Shown here: piece after piece, positions 24,396 through 35,102 of the stretch
How positions within the stretch are numbered: position 1 is the stretch's first letter
How the letters are laid out: each line of letters begins with the position of its first letter
Assembly (NCBI GenBank): GCA_963797555.1
Contig: CAWCPV010000003.1
Span: forward strand, 416,001 to 480,000
Source: an uncultured Gammaproteobacteria bacterium
GTDB taxonomy: Bacteria; Pseudomonadota; Gammaproteobacteria; CAWCPV01
Reading direction: 5' to 3'
Length of the DNA: 64,000 nt
Notes under the pieces: model-generated
Database searches by the model: none
What the model was told of the DNA's origin: nothing
The model's input: only the letters and a program-made list of their open reading frames with translations
Translations under genes and position numbers: made by a program

Positions 24396-25811
24396 ATGAC
24401 CGTTCATCCCGCGCAGCACCTCGCACCGGACCACAAGGTCGCCGATCTCTCCCTGGCCGAGTGGGGGCGCAAGGAGATCGCCATCGCCGAGACCGAGATG
24501 CCCGGCCTCATGGCCCTGCGCCAGGAGTATGCCGGCCAGACCCCGCTCAAAGGCGCGCGCATCGCGGGCTCGCTGCACATGACCATCCAGACCGCGGTGC
24601 TCATCGAAACCCTGGAGGCGCTCGGGGCGCAGGTGCGCTGGGCCTCGTGCAACATCTTCTCCACCCAGGACCACGCCGCCGCGGCTGTCGCTGCCCGGGG
24701 CGTCCCCGTATTCGCGCTCAAGGGCGAGAGCTTGGAAGATTACTGGGAGTTCACCCACCGCATCTTCGAGTGGCCGGGCGCCGGACCCAACCTGGTCCTG
24801 GACGACGGGGGCGATGCCACGCTGCTCATCACGCTCGGAGCCAAGGCGGAAAAGAATCCCTCGGTAGTGGCCGACTCCTCCAATGAGGAGGAACGGGCGC
24901 TGTTTGCCGCCATCAAGCGGCACCTGGCAGCGGACCCGAGCTGGTACTCCCGGCGACTCACACACATCCACGGGGTCACCGAGGAGACAACCACCGGAGT
25001 GCACCGCCTCTACCAGATGGAGGCCGAGGGCCGGCTGCCCTTCCCCGCGATCAACGTCAACGACTCGGTGACCAAGTCGAAGTTCGACAACCTCTACGGC
25101 TGCCGGGAGTCCCTCGTGGACGGCATCAAGCGCGCCACGGACGTCATGATCGCCGGCAAGATCGCAGTGGTGTGCGGCTATGGCGACGTTGGCAAGGGCT
25201 GCGCCCAGTCCCTGCGCGGGCTCGGGGCCACGGTGTGGGTCACGGAGATCGACCCCATCTGTGCCCTGCAGGCGGCCATGGAGGGCTATCGCGTGGTGAC
25301 CATGGATGACGCGTGTGGTCAGGCCAATATCCTCGTCACCGCCACCGGGAACGTCAACGTCATCACCCACGACCACATGGCACGGATGAAGGACCAGGCC
25401 ATCGTCTGCAACATCGGCCATTTCGACTCCGAGATCGACGTGGCAAGTCTCCGGCAGTACCGCTGGGAGAACATCAAACCCCAGGTGGACCACGTCATTT
25501 TCCCGGACGGCAAGCGCATCATCCTGCTAGCCGAGGGGCGCCTCGTAAACCTGGGCTGCGCGACCGGACACCCGAGCTTCGTCATGTCCAACTCCTTCAC
25601 CAACCAAGTGCTCGCCCAGATCGAGCTGTTCAAGCACCACGACCGGTACGAGAGAAAGGTATACGTGCTCCCCAAGAAGCTAGATGAAAAGGTGGCACGG
25701 CTGCATCTCGCCAAGATCGGCGCGCACCTTACCGAACTGCGGCCAGACCAGGCCGCATACATCGGCGTGCCCGTGGACGGGCCCTACAAGCCGGAGCATT
25801 ACCGCTACTGA
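24396..25811 (+). CDS. ahcY: Adenosylhomocysteinase
   Basis: [47 protein letters not shown]-terminus. Confidence 0.97.
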   Translation: MTVHPAQHLAPDHKVADLSLAEWGRKEIAIAETEMPGLMALRQEYAGQTPLKGARIAGSLHMTIQTAVLIETLEALGAQVRWASCNIFSTQDHAAAAVAARGVPVFALKGESLEDYWEFTHRIFEWPGAGPNLVLDDGGDATLLITLGAKAEKNPSVVADSSNEEERALFAAIKRHLAADPSWYSRRLTHIHGVTEETTTGVHRLYQMEAEGRLPFPAINVNDSVTKSKFDNLYGCRESLVDGIKRATDVMIAGKIAVVCGYGDVGKGCAQSLRGLGATVWVTEIDPICALQAAMEGYRVVTMDDACGQANILVTATGNVNVITHDHMARMKDQAIVCNIGHFDSEIDVASLRQYRWENIKPQVDHVIFPDGKRIILLAEGRLVNLGCATGHPSFVMSNSFTNQVLAQIELFKHHDRYERKVYVLPKKLDEKVARLHLAKIGAHLTELRPDQAAYIGVPVDGPYKPEHYRY

Positions 25812-25901
25812 AACCTCAAGCATCACGCGATTTCTGACCAGAGAAATCGGAGCTGTAGGCCGCTCATCGGCCGACGAGTGGCAGATCGTCCCCGGGAGGA
25901 C

Positions 25902-27530
25902 GTAGGTGACTGGTCTACGGTGCCTTCGGAGGGACCGCGGGTGGGGCGAACCACTGGTCGCGCGGGACCACCTTGGCGTCCGGGGGGTCGCGCTCGTAGG
26001 CGGCGTCATGATCTGTACGCCGTATTCGTTGAAGACGTCCAGAATATTCTGGTGCAGCGCGGTATACAGCCGCGGCATGGCCTGGGCGTCGTCGCAGTAC
26101 GCGTTCAGCTCGTAGGTGATACAGAAGTCGCCGAGCGCCGTCTGCAGCACGAAGGGGGCGGGCTCCCGCAACAGATCCGGAGTGCGTCCGGCGGCGAGCT
26201 TGAGCATGGCCTCCACCTGACGCCAGGGTGTCTCGTAGCCGATGCCGACGGTGGTGTGTAGGATCAGCCCTTGCTGACGGGCGAAGGTGCTCAGGTTGAC
26301 GACATTGCTCGTGAGCAGGAGCGAGCTCGGGATGACGACCTCCTCGTTCTTGAGCGAACGCACGCGCACCACCAGCAGCTTCACCTCCATGACATCGCCG
26401 ACCACGTCCCCGATGCAGATGCGGTCACCGACCCTGAAGGCGCGCCGGTAAGTTAACTCACCCCCGGCAAAGCCGGGGGCTTATTGGGTGAGCGCCTCAA
26501 AGGCGCCATAATACCGGGAGCCGCCCAAGGCGGCTGGACCTATGTCCGCAGCGTCAGTTGATCGTAGCGCTCCTCCTCTTGCTCTTGGTTCCGGATGTAA
26601 GCCCTTCAACTACCTTCGATTCCTTATGGCCCGCCAACTCGTGGAAGATCCGTCCCAGGTGGCGGCGCAGCGCCCCGAAGATCCGCTTTTTCCTGCACTT
26701 ACAGTCCCACTTCGTGTGGCTCAGACTCTGGTACTCTTTCATCGTGGATCCCCTTCTCTTGGCGGAGATTGGAGATTCACGACGACCGTCGTATAGGTCA
26801 AACCTCGGTGAGTCCCCCGGCAAAGCCGGGGGCTTACCTCAGGGAGTCAGGGTATACCCCGCGATCAGGTTGCCGACGATGGACGACGATCCGAGCGAGA
26901 ACACCACGCCGAGGAAGATCGAAATCCCCTTGAAGGCCGCCGACTCGGAGCCGGGGATGTAGGGGTAGGCGACGACCAAGGCGAAGACGACCACGAGCAG
27001 GCGCACGATCCGGTAGGTCGGCCAGGCCCACTCTCGCTCGAAGCTCGCGAACGCGAGGGTGCCCCGGTCGTTGCCGGCGAAGAAGTGCCTGACGAGCTTC
27101 AGAGCGTAACGCGTCAGGATGAACAATACGGCCAGGAACGCAAGCTTCGGCAGCACCTCGACGAGGGCGTCGCCCATCGTGCGCAGCGGGTCGAGGACGA
27201 GCCCGAGGAGCCACTCCGTCGAACACGCTCATCAGCAGGCGGTCGCCGGCGAGGATGTTGGTGCGATCGCCCACGTCCTCCACCCGCACCGCGTCGGCCG
27301 GAACAGACTCGTCGGCCGCCACGGCGGCAATCCGTGCAGCTACAAGCTGCGCGCGTTTCTCGGCCGGCAAGGCCGTGACCCCACGCACCCGGTAGAGCAC
27401 ATGACCGTCCAGCCTGACCGCTGCTCGTGGCTGCTTGACCGACGCCTCGGTCTGGGCGGGAGAGGATTGGGCGGAAGCAGCTTGCGCCAGTGCGGCGGGC
27501 AGCCAGAGCGCGCAGCCCGCGAGCAGCATG
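25902..27530 (-). pseudogene. MscS-family mechanosensitive channel, interrupted by a mini-IS200 and internally deleted
   Basis: GNLIAGYTLT (ending 26845) continues as YRRAFRVGDRI (from 26450), then IPSS and VGIGYETPWRQVE. The N-terminal periplasmic part breaks near 27220. Both ends approximate. Confidence 0.8.
26451..26844 (-). mobile_element. Internally deleted IS200/IS605-family element (non-autonomous)
   Basis: Same hairpin CCCCCGGCAAAGCCGGGGG near both ends (26461 and 26814). TnpA remnant MKEYQSLSHTKWDCK...RIFHELAGHKESKVVEG lacks the HUH motif and catalytic Tyr. Removing the element rejoins mscS. Confidence 0.85.
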
Positions 27531-27929
27531 GCCGCGCACGGTCCACGGGCAGCGCCCGCCCGCCCCCACCAGGTCCGGGGCGCGCGACTCTCCCGATGCT
27601 CGCTCTGTGCGGCCGCTGCTGCGCTTAGGGAGCCACTGCCCGCATGTCTTGGGGATGCGTGGACCATTGCGTCACTCCGAACGGTGCCGTTGTCTTCATT
27701 GGCCGTTGCTCTGGCTGGGCGCGCCGGACGCCCGCGAGACTGCGCCGCTGGCCGGCGTCGAGGCCGTGACGCGCGACGCCGTTGCCGGCTGACGCCCTCA
27801 TGGCGCACTGCTCGGCTCCTGGGCAATGGCATCGCCCCGATGCAGGCGCGACCGTGGGGCGGGGAGTCAATTTTTGGGCGACCGGCATCTATACCGATCC
27901 CCTCCTAGAACGGCCGAAACTCGGCGAAT

Positions 27930-29982
27930 TCACAGGCTCTGTGACCATCCCCGCTTTGGCGCGAAGCGCTCCCCGTAGCGCCTCTCCAGCTCCCCCAGGC
28001 GCGCCCGCAGCCCGTCGACCCCCCGGGTGCGCGCATATTGCAAGGGACCGCCCCGGAAAGGCGCAAACCCGGTCCCCAGGACCACCCCGGCATCTACCAA
28101 GTCCGCGTCTGCCACTACACCGTCGGCCAGACACTCCAGTGCCTCGTTGATGAGCGCCAGCAACAAGCGGTCCGTGATCTCGGCCCGGGTCTCCCCGCCG
28201 ACCTTGCCCTCTGGCGGCCGATCCCTGGGCGATGGGTAGCGGTGGAAGCCCTGCCCCGCCTTACGACCGAGGTGTCCGGCCGCCACCAGCTCCTCCAGCC
28301 GGCCGGGTACCGCGAAGCTCATACGCGCACTCAGGATACGCGCCACGGACAGGCACACGTCCAGCCCCACCGTGTCGGCCAGGCCCAACGGACCCATCGG
28401 AAAACCGAAGTCGACGGCAGCTCGGTCCACGGCCTCGGCCGACACACCCTCCTCCACCAAGCTGATGGCCTCCAAGAGATAGGGCATCAGGATGCGGTTC
28501 ACCAGAAAGCCAGGGGTGCTGCGCACCGGCAGCGGCGCACGGTCGATGCGACGGGTCAGGACCAGAGCTAGCTCGGCACTGGCCGCAGCCGTCGCCGGAC
28601 CGCTCACCACTTCCACCAGTGGCATCCTTGCCACGGGGTTGAAGAAGTGAAGGCCCACCAAGCGCTCCGGACGCGCCAGCGGGACGGCCAACTCCTCCAA
28701 CGGAATGCTCGAGGTATTGGTGGCAAGCACGGCGTGGCTTTGCATGCGCGGCTCGATCGCCTGGTACAGGCTGCGCTTGGCGGCCACATCCTCGAACACC
28801 GCCTCGATCACCACCTCGGCCCGGCGCAAGCCATCGCCCTTCGGATCGGGGACCAGACGATCGGCGGCGGCCTGCACCTCCCGCTCGCTCTTGAGCCGCT
28901 TGCCGAACAGACCATAGGCCCGCTGCAGCGCGCGCCCCAAGTTGGCGTTATCCCAGTCCTGAAGCGTGACACGCAGACCCTGCAGGGCGCACCAAGCGGC
29001 GATATCGCCACCCATCACGCCGGCCCCCACGACGTGCACGCGCTCCGGGGCGGGCACCTCTTTGGGCGCCAGGGACTTGAGGCGCTCCTGCAGGAGGAAA
29101 ACGCGAATCAGATTGCGCGCCGTCTCCCCCTGCGCCAGATGCACCACGGAGGCCGCCTCCTCGCGCAACGCAGCGGCCGTGTCGCGGGGTTGACGTACCC
29201 ACAGATCGATCAGGGCATAGGGCGCCGGGTAATGGTCGAGGCGGGTCGTCTCCCTCAGCTTGCGCCGCGCCCACGCGGCCGTCACTCTCCGCCCCGGCCG
29301 GTGCCCTGCGAGCACCCGCCAGCGGGATCCTCTGCGTACCTTCGGCGCGCCGAGCACGAGCGCCCGCGCGGCGTCCTCCAGGTGCCGTCGGGGAGGCGCG
29401 TGGTCCACCAACCCGATCCGCCGCGCGCTCCGCGCGTCGATGCCGCGACCGCCGAGCATCATCTGCAGGGCGGGCAGCGCCCCGATCACCCGCGGCAGCC
29501 GTACCGTTCCGCCGAAGCCCGGGTGGATCCCCAGCCTGACCTCAGGCAGGCCCAGACGCGTTTTCGGGCTGTCCTCCGCCACCCGGTAACGGCACGCCAG
29601 GGCCAGCTCCAGCCCACCCCCCAGACAGAACCCGCGGATCATCGCTACGCTCGGACAGGCCAGAATCCTCGAGGCTCTGGAACACCGCGTGAGCCTGTGC
29701 GATGTAGCCCAGGACCTCCTCCTGCGTGCGCAGGTGCGCCAGCTCTCTCACATCGGCTCCAGCAATGAAGCCGTTCTCCTTGCCCGATGCGATCACCACG
29801 CCCCGCGGGACCGCCGCCGTCAGCGCCGCCAAGTGCCCGCCCAGCTCGCCGAGCGTCTCCGTGGACAGCACGTTGGCACCCCGACCCGCCATGTCGAAGT
29901 GCAGCCACACGATACCGTCTCGGTCACGCGCGACACGCCAATGGCTGGCGCACGCCTGCAGGATGCCCGGTGCTGCGCTCAC
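27930..29982 (-). CDS. fadJ: Fatty-acid oxidation complex alpha subunit (enoyl-CoA hydratase/3-hydroxyacyl-CoA dehydrogenase), frameshift near 29650
   Basis: FIAGAD, CLGGGLELALAC, LPEVRLG, GAGVMGG, TNTSS, GLHFFNP. Confidence 0.85.
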
Positions 29983-31289
29983 CGCGTGTCTCGCTCCAGC
30001 AGCATCGCTCCCCCTTGGCCGCCACCGATGCACAGGGTGGCTACGCCGCGCCTCCCGCCAAGGCGCGCCATCACCTGCAGCAGGTGGAGCACGATGCGCG
30101 CACCGCTCGCCCCGACGGGATGTCCCAGGGCTATAGCACCCCCGTCCACGTTGAGGCGCGAGGGGTCGATCTCCCCCAACGCCTCATCCAGGCCCAGATG
30201 CTCGCGACAGAACCGGGCGTCACGCCACGCCGCGAGACAGGCCAGCACCTGCACGGCAAACGCCTCGTTGATCTCCCAGCAATCCACGTCGCCTAACCCG
30301 AGCATCCGCCGCCTCAGCAGCGGCGTACTGGCGTATATCGGACCGAGACCCATCTGAGCCGGGTCCAAAGCCGCCCACTGGGTGTCCACGATGCGTCCCA
30401 GCACCGCGAGCCGGTGGCGCTCGACGCCGGTCTCGCTCGCCAGCAGCAGCCAGGCTGCGCCGTCGGTGACCTGAGCGCTGTTTCCCGCAGTCACCTGCCC
30501 GAATTCCCCGTCGAATACCGGCCGAAGACCGGCCAGCTTGGCCAGATCAGTGTCCCGGCGCACCCCATCGTCGTGGTCGTAAAGGTTCCCCTGGTGGTCC
30601 CAGATCGCCTCCAGTTCGCCGAACCAGCCTTGGTCCTGAGCATGCGCCGAACGGCGCTGGCTCTGCAGCGCATAAGCGTCCGCCTCCTCCCGCGAGATGC
30701 GGAAACGGTAAGCGAGGTTCTCTGCTGTCTGACCCATGGAGAGGCCCACCACCGGGTCTGTCAGGCCGCGCAACAGTCCGACCACCGGGGCGAGGTCCCT
30801 CACCCGCAGGCGCTTGAGGACGCGCAAACGTTCGCCCAGCCGCCGGGAGGCACGCCAATCCGCCAACCGATGTGCGAATGCCCGGCCGAGCAGCAGCGGC
30901 GCATGGCTCATGGCCTCCACTCCGCCCGCCAGCACCAGGTCTGCACGGCCCGCGGCGATGTCCCGGGCGGCGCTGTCCAGGGCCTGCAGGCCGGAGCCGC
31001 AGTTGCGCTGCACCGTCCACGCCGGCATCCGGTCTCCGCAGCCGAGGCGCAGGGCCACCACGCGTGCGATGTTGGCCTCCTCCGGCGCGGGCATGACGCA
31101 ACCGACGATGACCTCATCCAGGTCGGCTGGCGCGAACGGCTGGCGCAGCAACAGCCGGCTCCCCGCCGCAACCGCCAAGTCCGCAGCCGCAAAGGGGCCA
31201 GGCCGACCGCGCGCCTTCAAGAAGGGCGTGCGGCTGCCGTCGATCACATAGACGGCTCGACCTGCGTCGCCGGCTCCTTGGGGCGCCAT
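29979..31289 (-). CDS. fadI: Acetyl-CoA C-acyltransferase (thiolase)
   Basis: RTPF, RNCGSG, EINEAFA, GHPVGASG, LCIGGGQG. Confidence 0.9.
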   Translation of the reverse strand: MAPQGAGDAGRAVYVIDGSRTPFLKARGRPGPFAAADLAVAAGSRLLLRQPFAPADLDEVIVGCVMPAPEEANIARVVALRLGCGDRMPAWTVQRNCGSGLQALDSAARDIAAGRADLVLAGGVEAMSHAPLLLGRAFAHRLADWRASRRLGERLRVLKRLRVRDLAPVVGLLRGLTDPVVGLSMGQTAENLAYRFRISREEADAYALQSQRRSAHAQDQGWFGELEAIWDHQGNLYDHDDGVRRDTDLAKLAGLRPVFDGEFGQVTAGNSAQVTDGAAWLLLASETGVERHRLAVLGRIVDTQWAALDPAQMGLGPIYASTPLLRRRMLGLGDVDCWEINEAFAVQVLACLAAWRDARFCREHLGLDEALGEIDPSRLNVDGGAIALGHPVGASGARIVLHLLQVMARLGGRRGVATLCIGGGQGGAMLLERDTR

Positions 31290-33547
31290 TCTGCTAGCCT
31301 CGACTGAAAGGGAAAGTCATCCACCTGAATCATCGCGCTGCGAGCGCGGAACGCGGCCGCAAGCGCAGCGGCCTGCTCCGGCTCCAGGATCCCGTGCACC
31401 CGCGCCTCTTCGACAGCGTCTTCCGGAAAGCGGCCCGCCAGCTTACCGGCCTTGAGCGCCAACTTGACCGTGTGGCTCATGGATTCGGTAGCGACGGTTC
31501 GCATCAGTGCGTCCTCGAGACGACCCAGCGGCTCGTCCAGGTCCCTGGGCACGAAGATGCCCTGCGTCAAGCGTTCCCGGACCTCGGACGGCTCCATGAG
31601 GAGGCGCGCCACTTCTTTGCTGACGGCGTCCGAGGGCGGCGCGAACCGCCGCCCCCCGGGGAACACCAGAGCACGCAGGCAGAATGCTGCCCAGCGGTGA
31701 GGGAAGTTGCGCAGCACGGCGTCCAGGCCCTCCTGGGCCTGGTACAGGGACTGCTCGCAGGCCCAGCGAAGCAGCGGCAGATCGGCGTCGGGCGCGCCCT
31801 CGTCTCGGAAACGTTTGAGGGCGGCAGATGCGAGGTACAGTTGGCCGAAGACGTCCGCGAAGCGCCCGGAGATCATCTCCCTGCGTTTGAGGGTAGCGCC
31901 CAGCCGCCAGATGGCCACGTCGGAAACCAGCGTGAATGCTGCGCTCAGACGGTTCACTGCCCGGAAGTACCGGCCCGCCCGACCCGCGTCCGCAGGAATG
32001 TGGCTGAGACGCCCTGCACTAACGGCTAACATGAACGCCCGCGCCGCCGTCCGCAGGGTAAAGCTCAGATGACCTAGCGCGGCGGCACTCAGCTCCCTGA
32101 GCGCGTGCCTGGCATCCGAGTCGCCAGCCGCCCGCAGCTCTGCCAAGAGATAAGGATGGCAGCGCAGGGCCCCCTGTCCGAAGACGATCATGCTGCGGGT
32201 CAAGATATTCGCTCCCTCGACGGTGATGCCGATGGGCAGCGCCTCGTAGACACGGCCCAGCAGGTTGCGAGGTCCCAGGCAGATGCCGGCTCCGCCGTGC
32301 ACGTCCATGGCGTCGTTGACCACCCGACGCATCAGCTCGGTGCAGTGGTACTTGACCAGCGCCGAGAGGATCGCTGGGCGCTCCCCCTCATGCAGGGCGG
32401 TCAGGGTCAACCGCCGCGCACTGTCCGTCAGGTAGGTGTATCCGCCGATGCGCGCCAGGGCCTCCTGCACACCCTCGAAGCGCCCGATGGGGGAGCCGAA
32501 CTGCTCGCGCACCCGCGCATAGGCCCCGGTCACGCGGCTGGCGAGCATGACGGCACCGGCACTCAATGCAGGGAGCGAAATGCCGCGGCCGGCGGCCAGA
32601 GACTCCATCAGCATGCGCCAGCCCTGCCCGGCTCGCTCCGCGCCGCCGATAATCCACCCCACCGGAGCGAATACGTCGCGGCCCGTGATGGGACCGTTCT
32701 GGAACGCAGAATCGAGAGGCAAATGGCGGCGTCCCGCAACGACACCCGGCGTGTGCGTGGGGATCAGCGCCACGGTTATCCCGAGATCCTCCGCGCCTCC
32801 GAGCAGCCGCTCGGGGTCGAACAGGCGGAATGCCACGGCGGCCACCGTGGCCACCGGACCCAGGGTGATGTAGCGCTTCTGCCACGTGAGGCGCATGCCG
32901 AGGACCTCTTGCCCATGCAACGTTCCCCGACACACGACACCATGGTCCGCAACCGCGCTGGCGTCGCTGCCCGCATCGGGTCCGGTCAAGGCGAAACACG
33001 GGATCTCCTCCCCGCGCGCGAGTCTTGGAAGATAGTGCTGGCGCTGGGCGGCTGTGCCGTAGCGCAGGAGCAGCTCGGCCGGACCCAGCGAGTTCGGGAC
33101 CATCACGGTCACGGCCGCCGTCAAGCTGCGGCTCGCGACCTTCAACACGACCGCCGAATGGGCCGCCGGGGAGAATTCGAGGCCGCCATATCGGCGGGGT
33201 ATGATGAGCCCGAAGAACCCGTTCGTCTTGAGGAACTGCCACACCTGGGACGGCAAATCCAGGTCCTCGTGAGTGATGCGCCAGTCGTCCAGTATCCCGC
33301 ACAGCTCCTGGACAGGGCCGTCCAGGAACGCCTGTTCCTCGGCGGACAGACGGGGGGCAGGCGTGGACGCTAGCCACCGCCAGTCCGGACGCCCCACAAA
33401 CAGGCTGCGTTCCCACCATACGGTTCCCGCAGATAGGGCCTCCTGCTCCGTGGACGAGAGGGTCGGCACGGCTGCGCGGACCCTGCGCAGCAGACTCATA
33501 CGCAGGCCCTCCCCGGCGTAGAGGCCGCGGCTGGGCCAGCCGTTCAC
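31244..33547 (-). CDS. fadE: Acyl-CoA dehydrogenase FadE (short form without the N-terminal membrane segment)
   Basis: MVPNSLGPAELL, CFALTGPDAGSDA, ITVEGANILTRS. Start is 33547 (GTG, coupled to upstream stop) or 33499. Confidence 0.9.
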   Translation of the reverse strand: MNGWPSRGLYAGEGLRMSLLRRVRAAVPTLSSTEQEALSAGTVWWERSLFVGRPDWRWLASTPAPRLSAEEQAFLDGPVQELCGILDDWRITHEDLDLPSQVWQFLKTNGFFGLIIPRRYGGLEFSPAAHSAVVLKVASRSLTAAVTVMVPNSLGPAELLLRYGTAAQRQHYLPRLARGEEIPCFALTGPDAGSDASAVADHGVVCRGTLHGQEVLGMRLTWQKRYITLGPVATVAAVAFRLFDPERLLGGAEDLGITVALIPTHTPGVVAGRRHLPLDSAFQNGPITGRDVFAPVGWIIGGAERAGQGWRMLMESLAAGRGISLPALSAGAVMLASRVTGAYARVREQFGSPIGRFEGVQEALARIGGYTYLTDSARRLTLTALHEGERPAILSALVKYHCTELMRRVVNDAMDVHGGAGICLGPRNLLGRVYEALPIGITVEGANILTRSMIVFGQGALRCHPYLLAELRAAGDSDARHALRELSAAALGHLSFTLRTAARAFMLAVSAGRLSHIPADAGRAGRYFRAVNRLSAAFTLVSDVAIWRLGATLKRREMISGRFADVFGQLYLASAALKRFRDEGAPDADLPLLRWACEQSLYQAQEGLDAVLRNFPHRWAAFCLRALVFPGGRRFAPPSDAVSKEVARLLMEPSEVRERLTQGIFVPRDLDEPLGRLEDALMRTVATESMSHTVKLALKAGKLAGRFPEDAVEEARVHGILEPEQAAALAAAFRARSAMIQVDDFPFQSRLAEWRPKEPATQVEPSM

Positions 33548-34467
33548 GTGATCTCCTCGCGGCTGTCCGCCGGCACCTCGTCCGTCGCGACCGCGGCGCT
33601 CTCGAACTCAGGCTCGGCCGCCGTGGACCCAGCATCCGACCGCACCACGTAGCAGTCGCCGGGTCCGTTGCACACCAAGCCCTCGGCGTTCCAGGGTAGC
33701 TGCCGGTAAAGCGGCAGGTCCTCGATGCCGAGGAACGGATACTTGATGATGTCGAAGTAGGGTGAGCTGTCGAAGTCCTTCGGCGTGAAAAGGCGCGGGT
33801 TCCGCTTGTACAGCCGGACGCTGCCGTCGGCACTGCGCTCTATGAACGGCAGTATCGGGAAGTGTACGGCGTTGAAGGCTTCCGCCAGCATCGAACAACA
33901 TACGGTCCGGGTCGGCTCACCCAAATCGTACTCGAACAGACTGGAGCGCCAGCGGCGCGGCAGGATGCCATAGGGGAACAGGAACCGTGCCAAGTCCAGC
34001 AGGTGGCGCAGGTCGTACGCGTTCCCGAGGCGCCGCGCGGCGAAGCCAATCACGTGCTGGGCGTCCGGGCGTGACAAGCCCTTGGGCCGGCATATGCGCA
34101 AGTGGCGCTCACGGTACTTGGACAGGGGGCTGACGATGGTCCCCTCCCCGAGCAATGCCTCGATCACCAACTGCTGGTTCGGATCGCCACGGTAAAAACC
34201 CCCGACACGCGCCCGAACCGCAGGCTCATCGATATCGTGCAGGCGACCCAGGTACAGGGCGGAATGAGTCCACGGGCTCTGGGTGATGAGTTTGATGACC
34301 TCGCTCACCCGGCTGGAGCCTTCGACCAGCAGCACGTCCGCGGGACGCACCTCGTAGCAGAGGCGATCGAAGTCGTATAGCGAGGCGTTACCGGATCGCG
34401 GCTCGCGGTCCTTCACCAGCCAGTCGATAACTCCCCGTTGGAGTCTTTGGGTGAGAGTGGGACGCAT
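33544..34467 (-). CDS. Permuted papain-like NlpC/P60 amidase (YiiX/YebB-like)
   Basis: PADVLLVEG, ITQSPWTHSALY (His) precedes YD and TVCCSMLAEAF (Cys), the permuted catalytic order. Confidence 0.75.
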   Translation of the reverse strand: MRPTLTQRLQRGVIDWLVKDREPRSGNASLYDFDRLCYEVRPADVLLVEGSSRVSEVIKLITQSPWTHSALYLGRLHDIDEPAVRARVGGFYRGDPNQQLVIEALLGEGTIVSPLSKYRERHLRICRPKGLSRPDAQHVIGFAARRLGNAYDLRHLLDLARFLFPYGILPRRWRSSLFEYDLGEPTRTVCCSMLAEAFNAVHFPILPFIERSADGSVRLYKRNPRLFTPKDFDSSPYFDIIKYPFLGIEDLPLYRQLPWNAEGLVCNGPGDCYVVRSDAGSTAAEPEFESAAVATDEVPADSREEIT

Positions 34468-34789
34468 CTGAGGTCGCCGCGGCGCGAGCCCGCACGCGCC
34501 ATAAAGAATGCGAATAACGCTATGTGGTTGATTAGACTCCGGAGCTTTGGACGAAGTTGCACGGGCGTGCGCTGGGGGCAAGAGCAGACGCCCTCCCGCC
34601 TTGCTTCCCATCAGCGCCCCTACGGCACCTTGGAGTACGTCAGCGGGGACGCACGCCAGGGCACCCAATGGCGCAGTTCCTCCCCTGCCCGACAGCTAGA
34701 CGAATGGGTGTCGGGCCAGCGCGATGCCCGCGCTCGAGCTCATCCGAGATGCCCTTGACAGTGCCTGCTACCCCCGGATACCCTGGCCA

Positions 34790-34970
34790 CGCCTCAGGTG
34801 CTCCGCTTCGGCGGAGTGAAACGGGAAGCCGGTGCGCCCTTTCGGGCCAAGCCGGCGCTGCCCCCGCAACGGTAGGCGAGTCAAGGCGGGTCATGCGGCC
34901 ACCGTGCTACGGCACGGGAAGGCGGCCTGTCCGGTGTCGAGCCACTCGCGAGCCCGGAGACCGGCCTGGA
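34790..34970 (+). promoter_or_regulatory. Cobalamin riboswitch
   Basis: AGGTG...AAACGGGAAGCCGGTG...CCGGCGCTGCCCCCGCAACGGTA...GCCACCG...CGGGAAGGC...GAGCCCGGAGACCGGCCT (B12 box), directly upstream of btuB. Confidence 0.92.
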
Positions 34971-35102
34971 GCATGTCCAGGCGTGTCGCGGAGGGCGGCA
35001 ACCGGTGAGGCTCCAGCGCCGCGCTCGAAAAGCGCGCCTCTCCGTCTGCACCGCGTCCTCCGCACACAGCCCCCGCACGGGTGTGTGCAGTGGAGGACCG
35101 GC

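Noticed and set aside
34557-35102. N-terminal extension of the 778-aa btuB ORF
   Set aside because: It overlaps the cobalamin riboswitch. The real start with RBS and signal peptide is ATG 35103.
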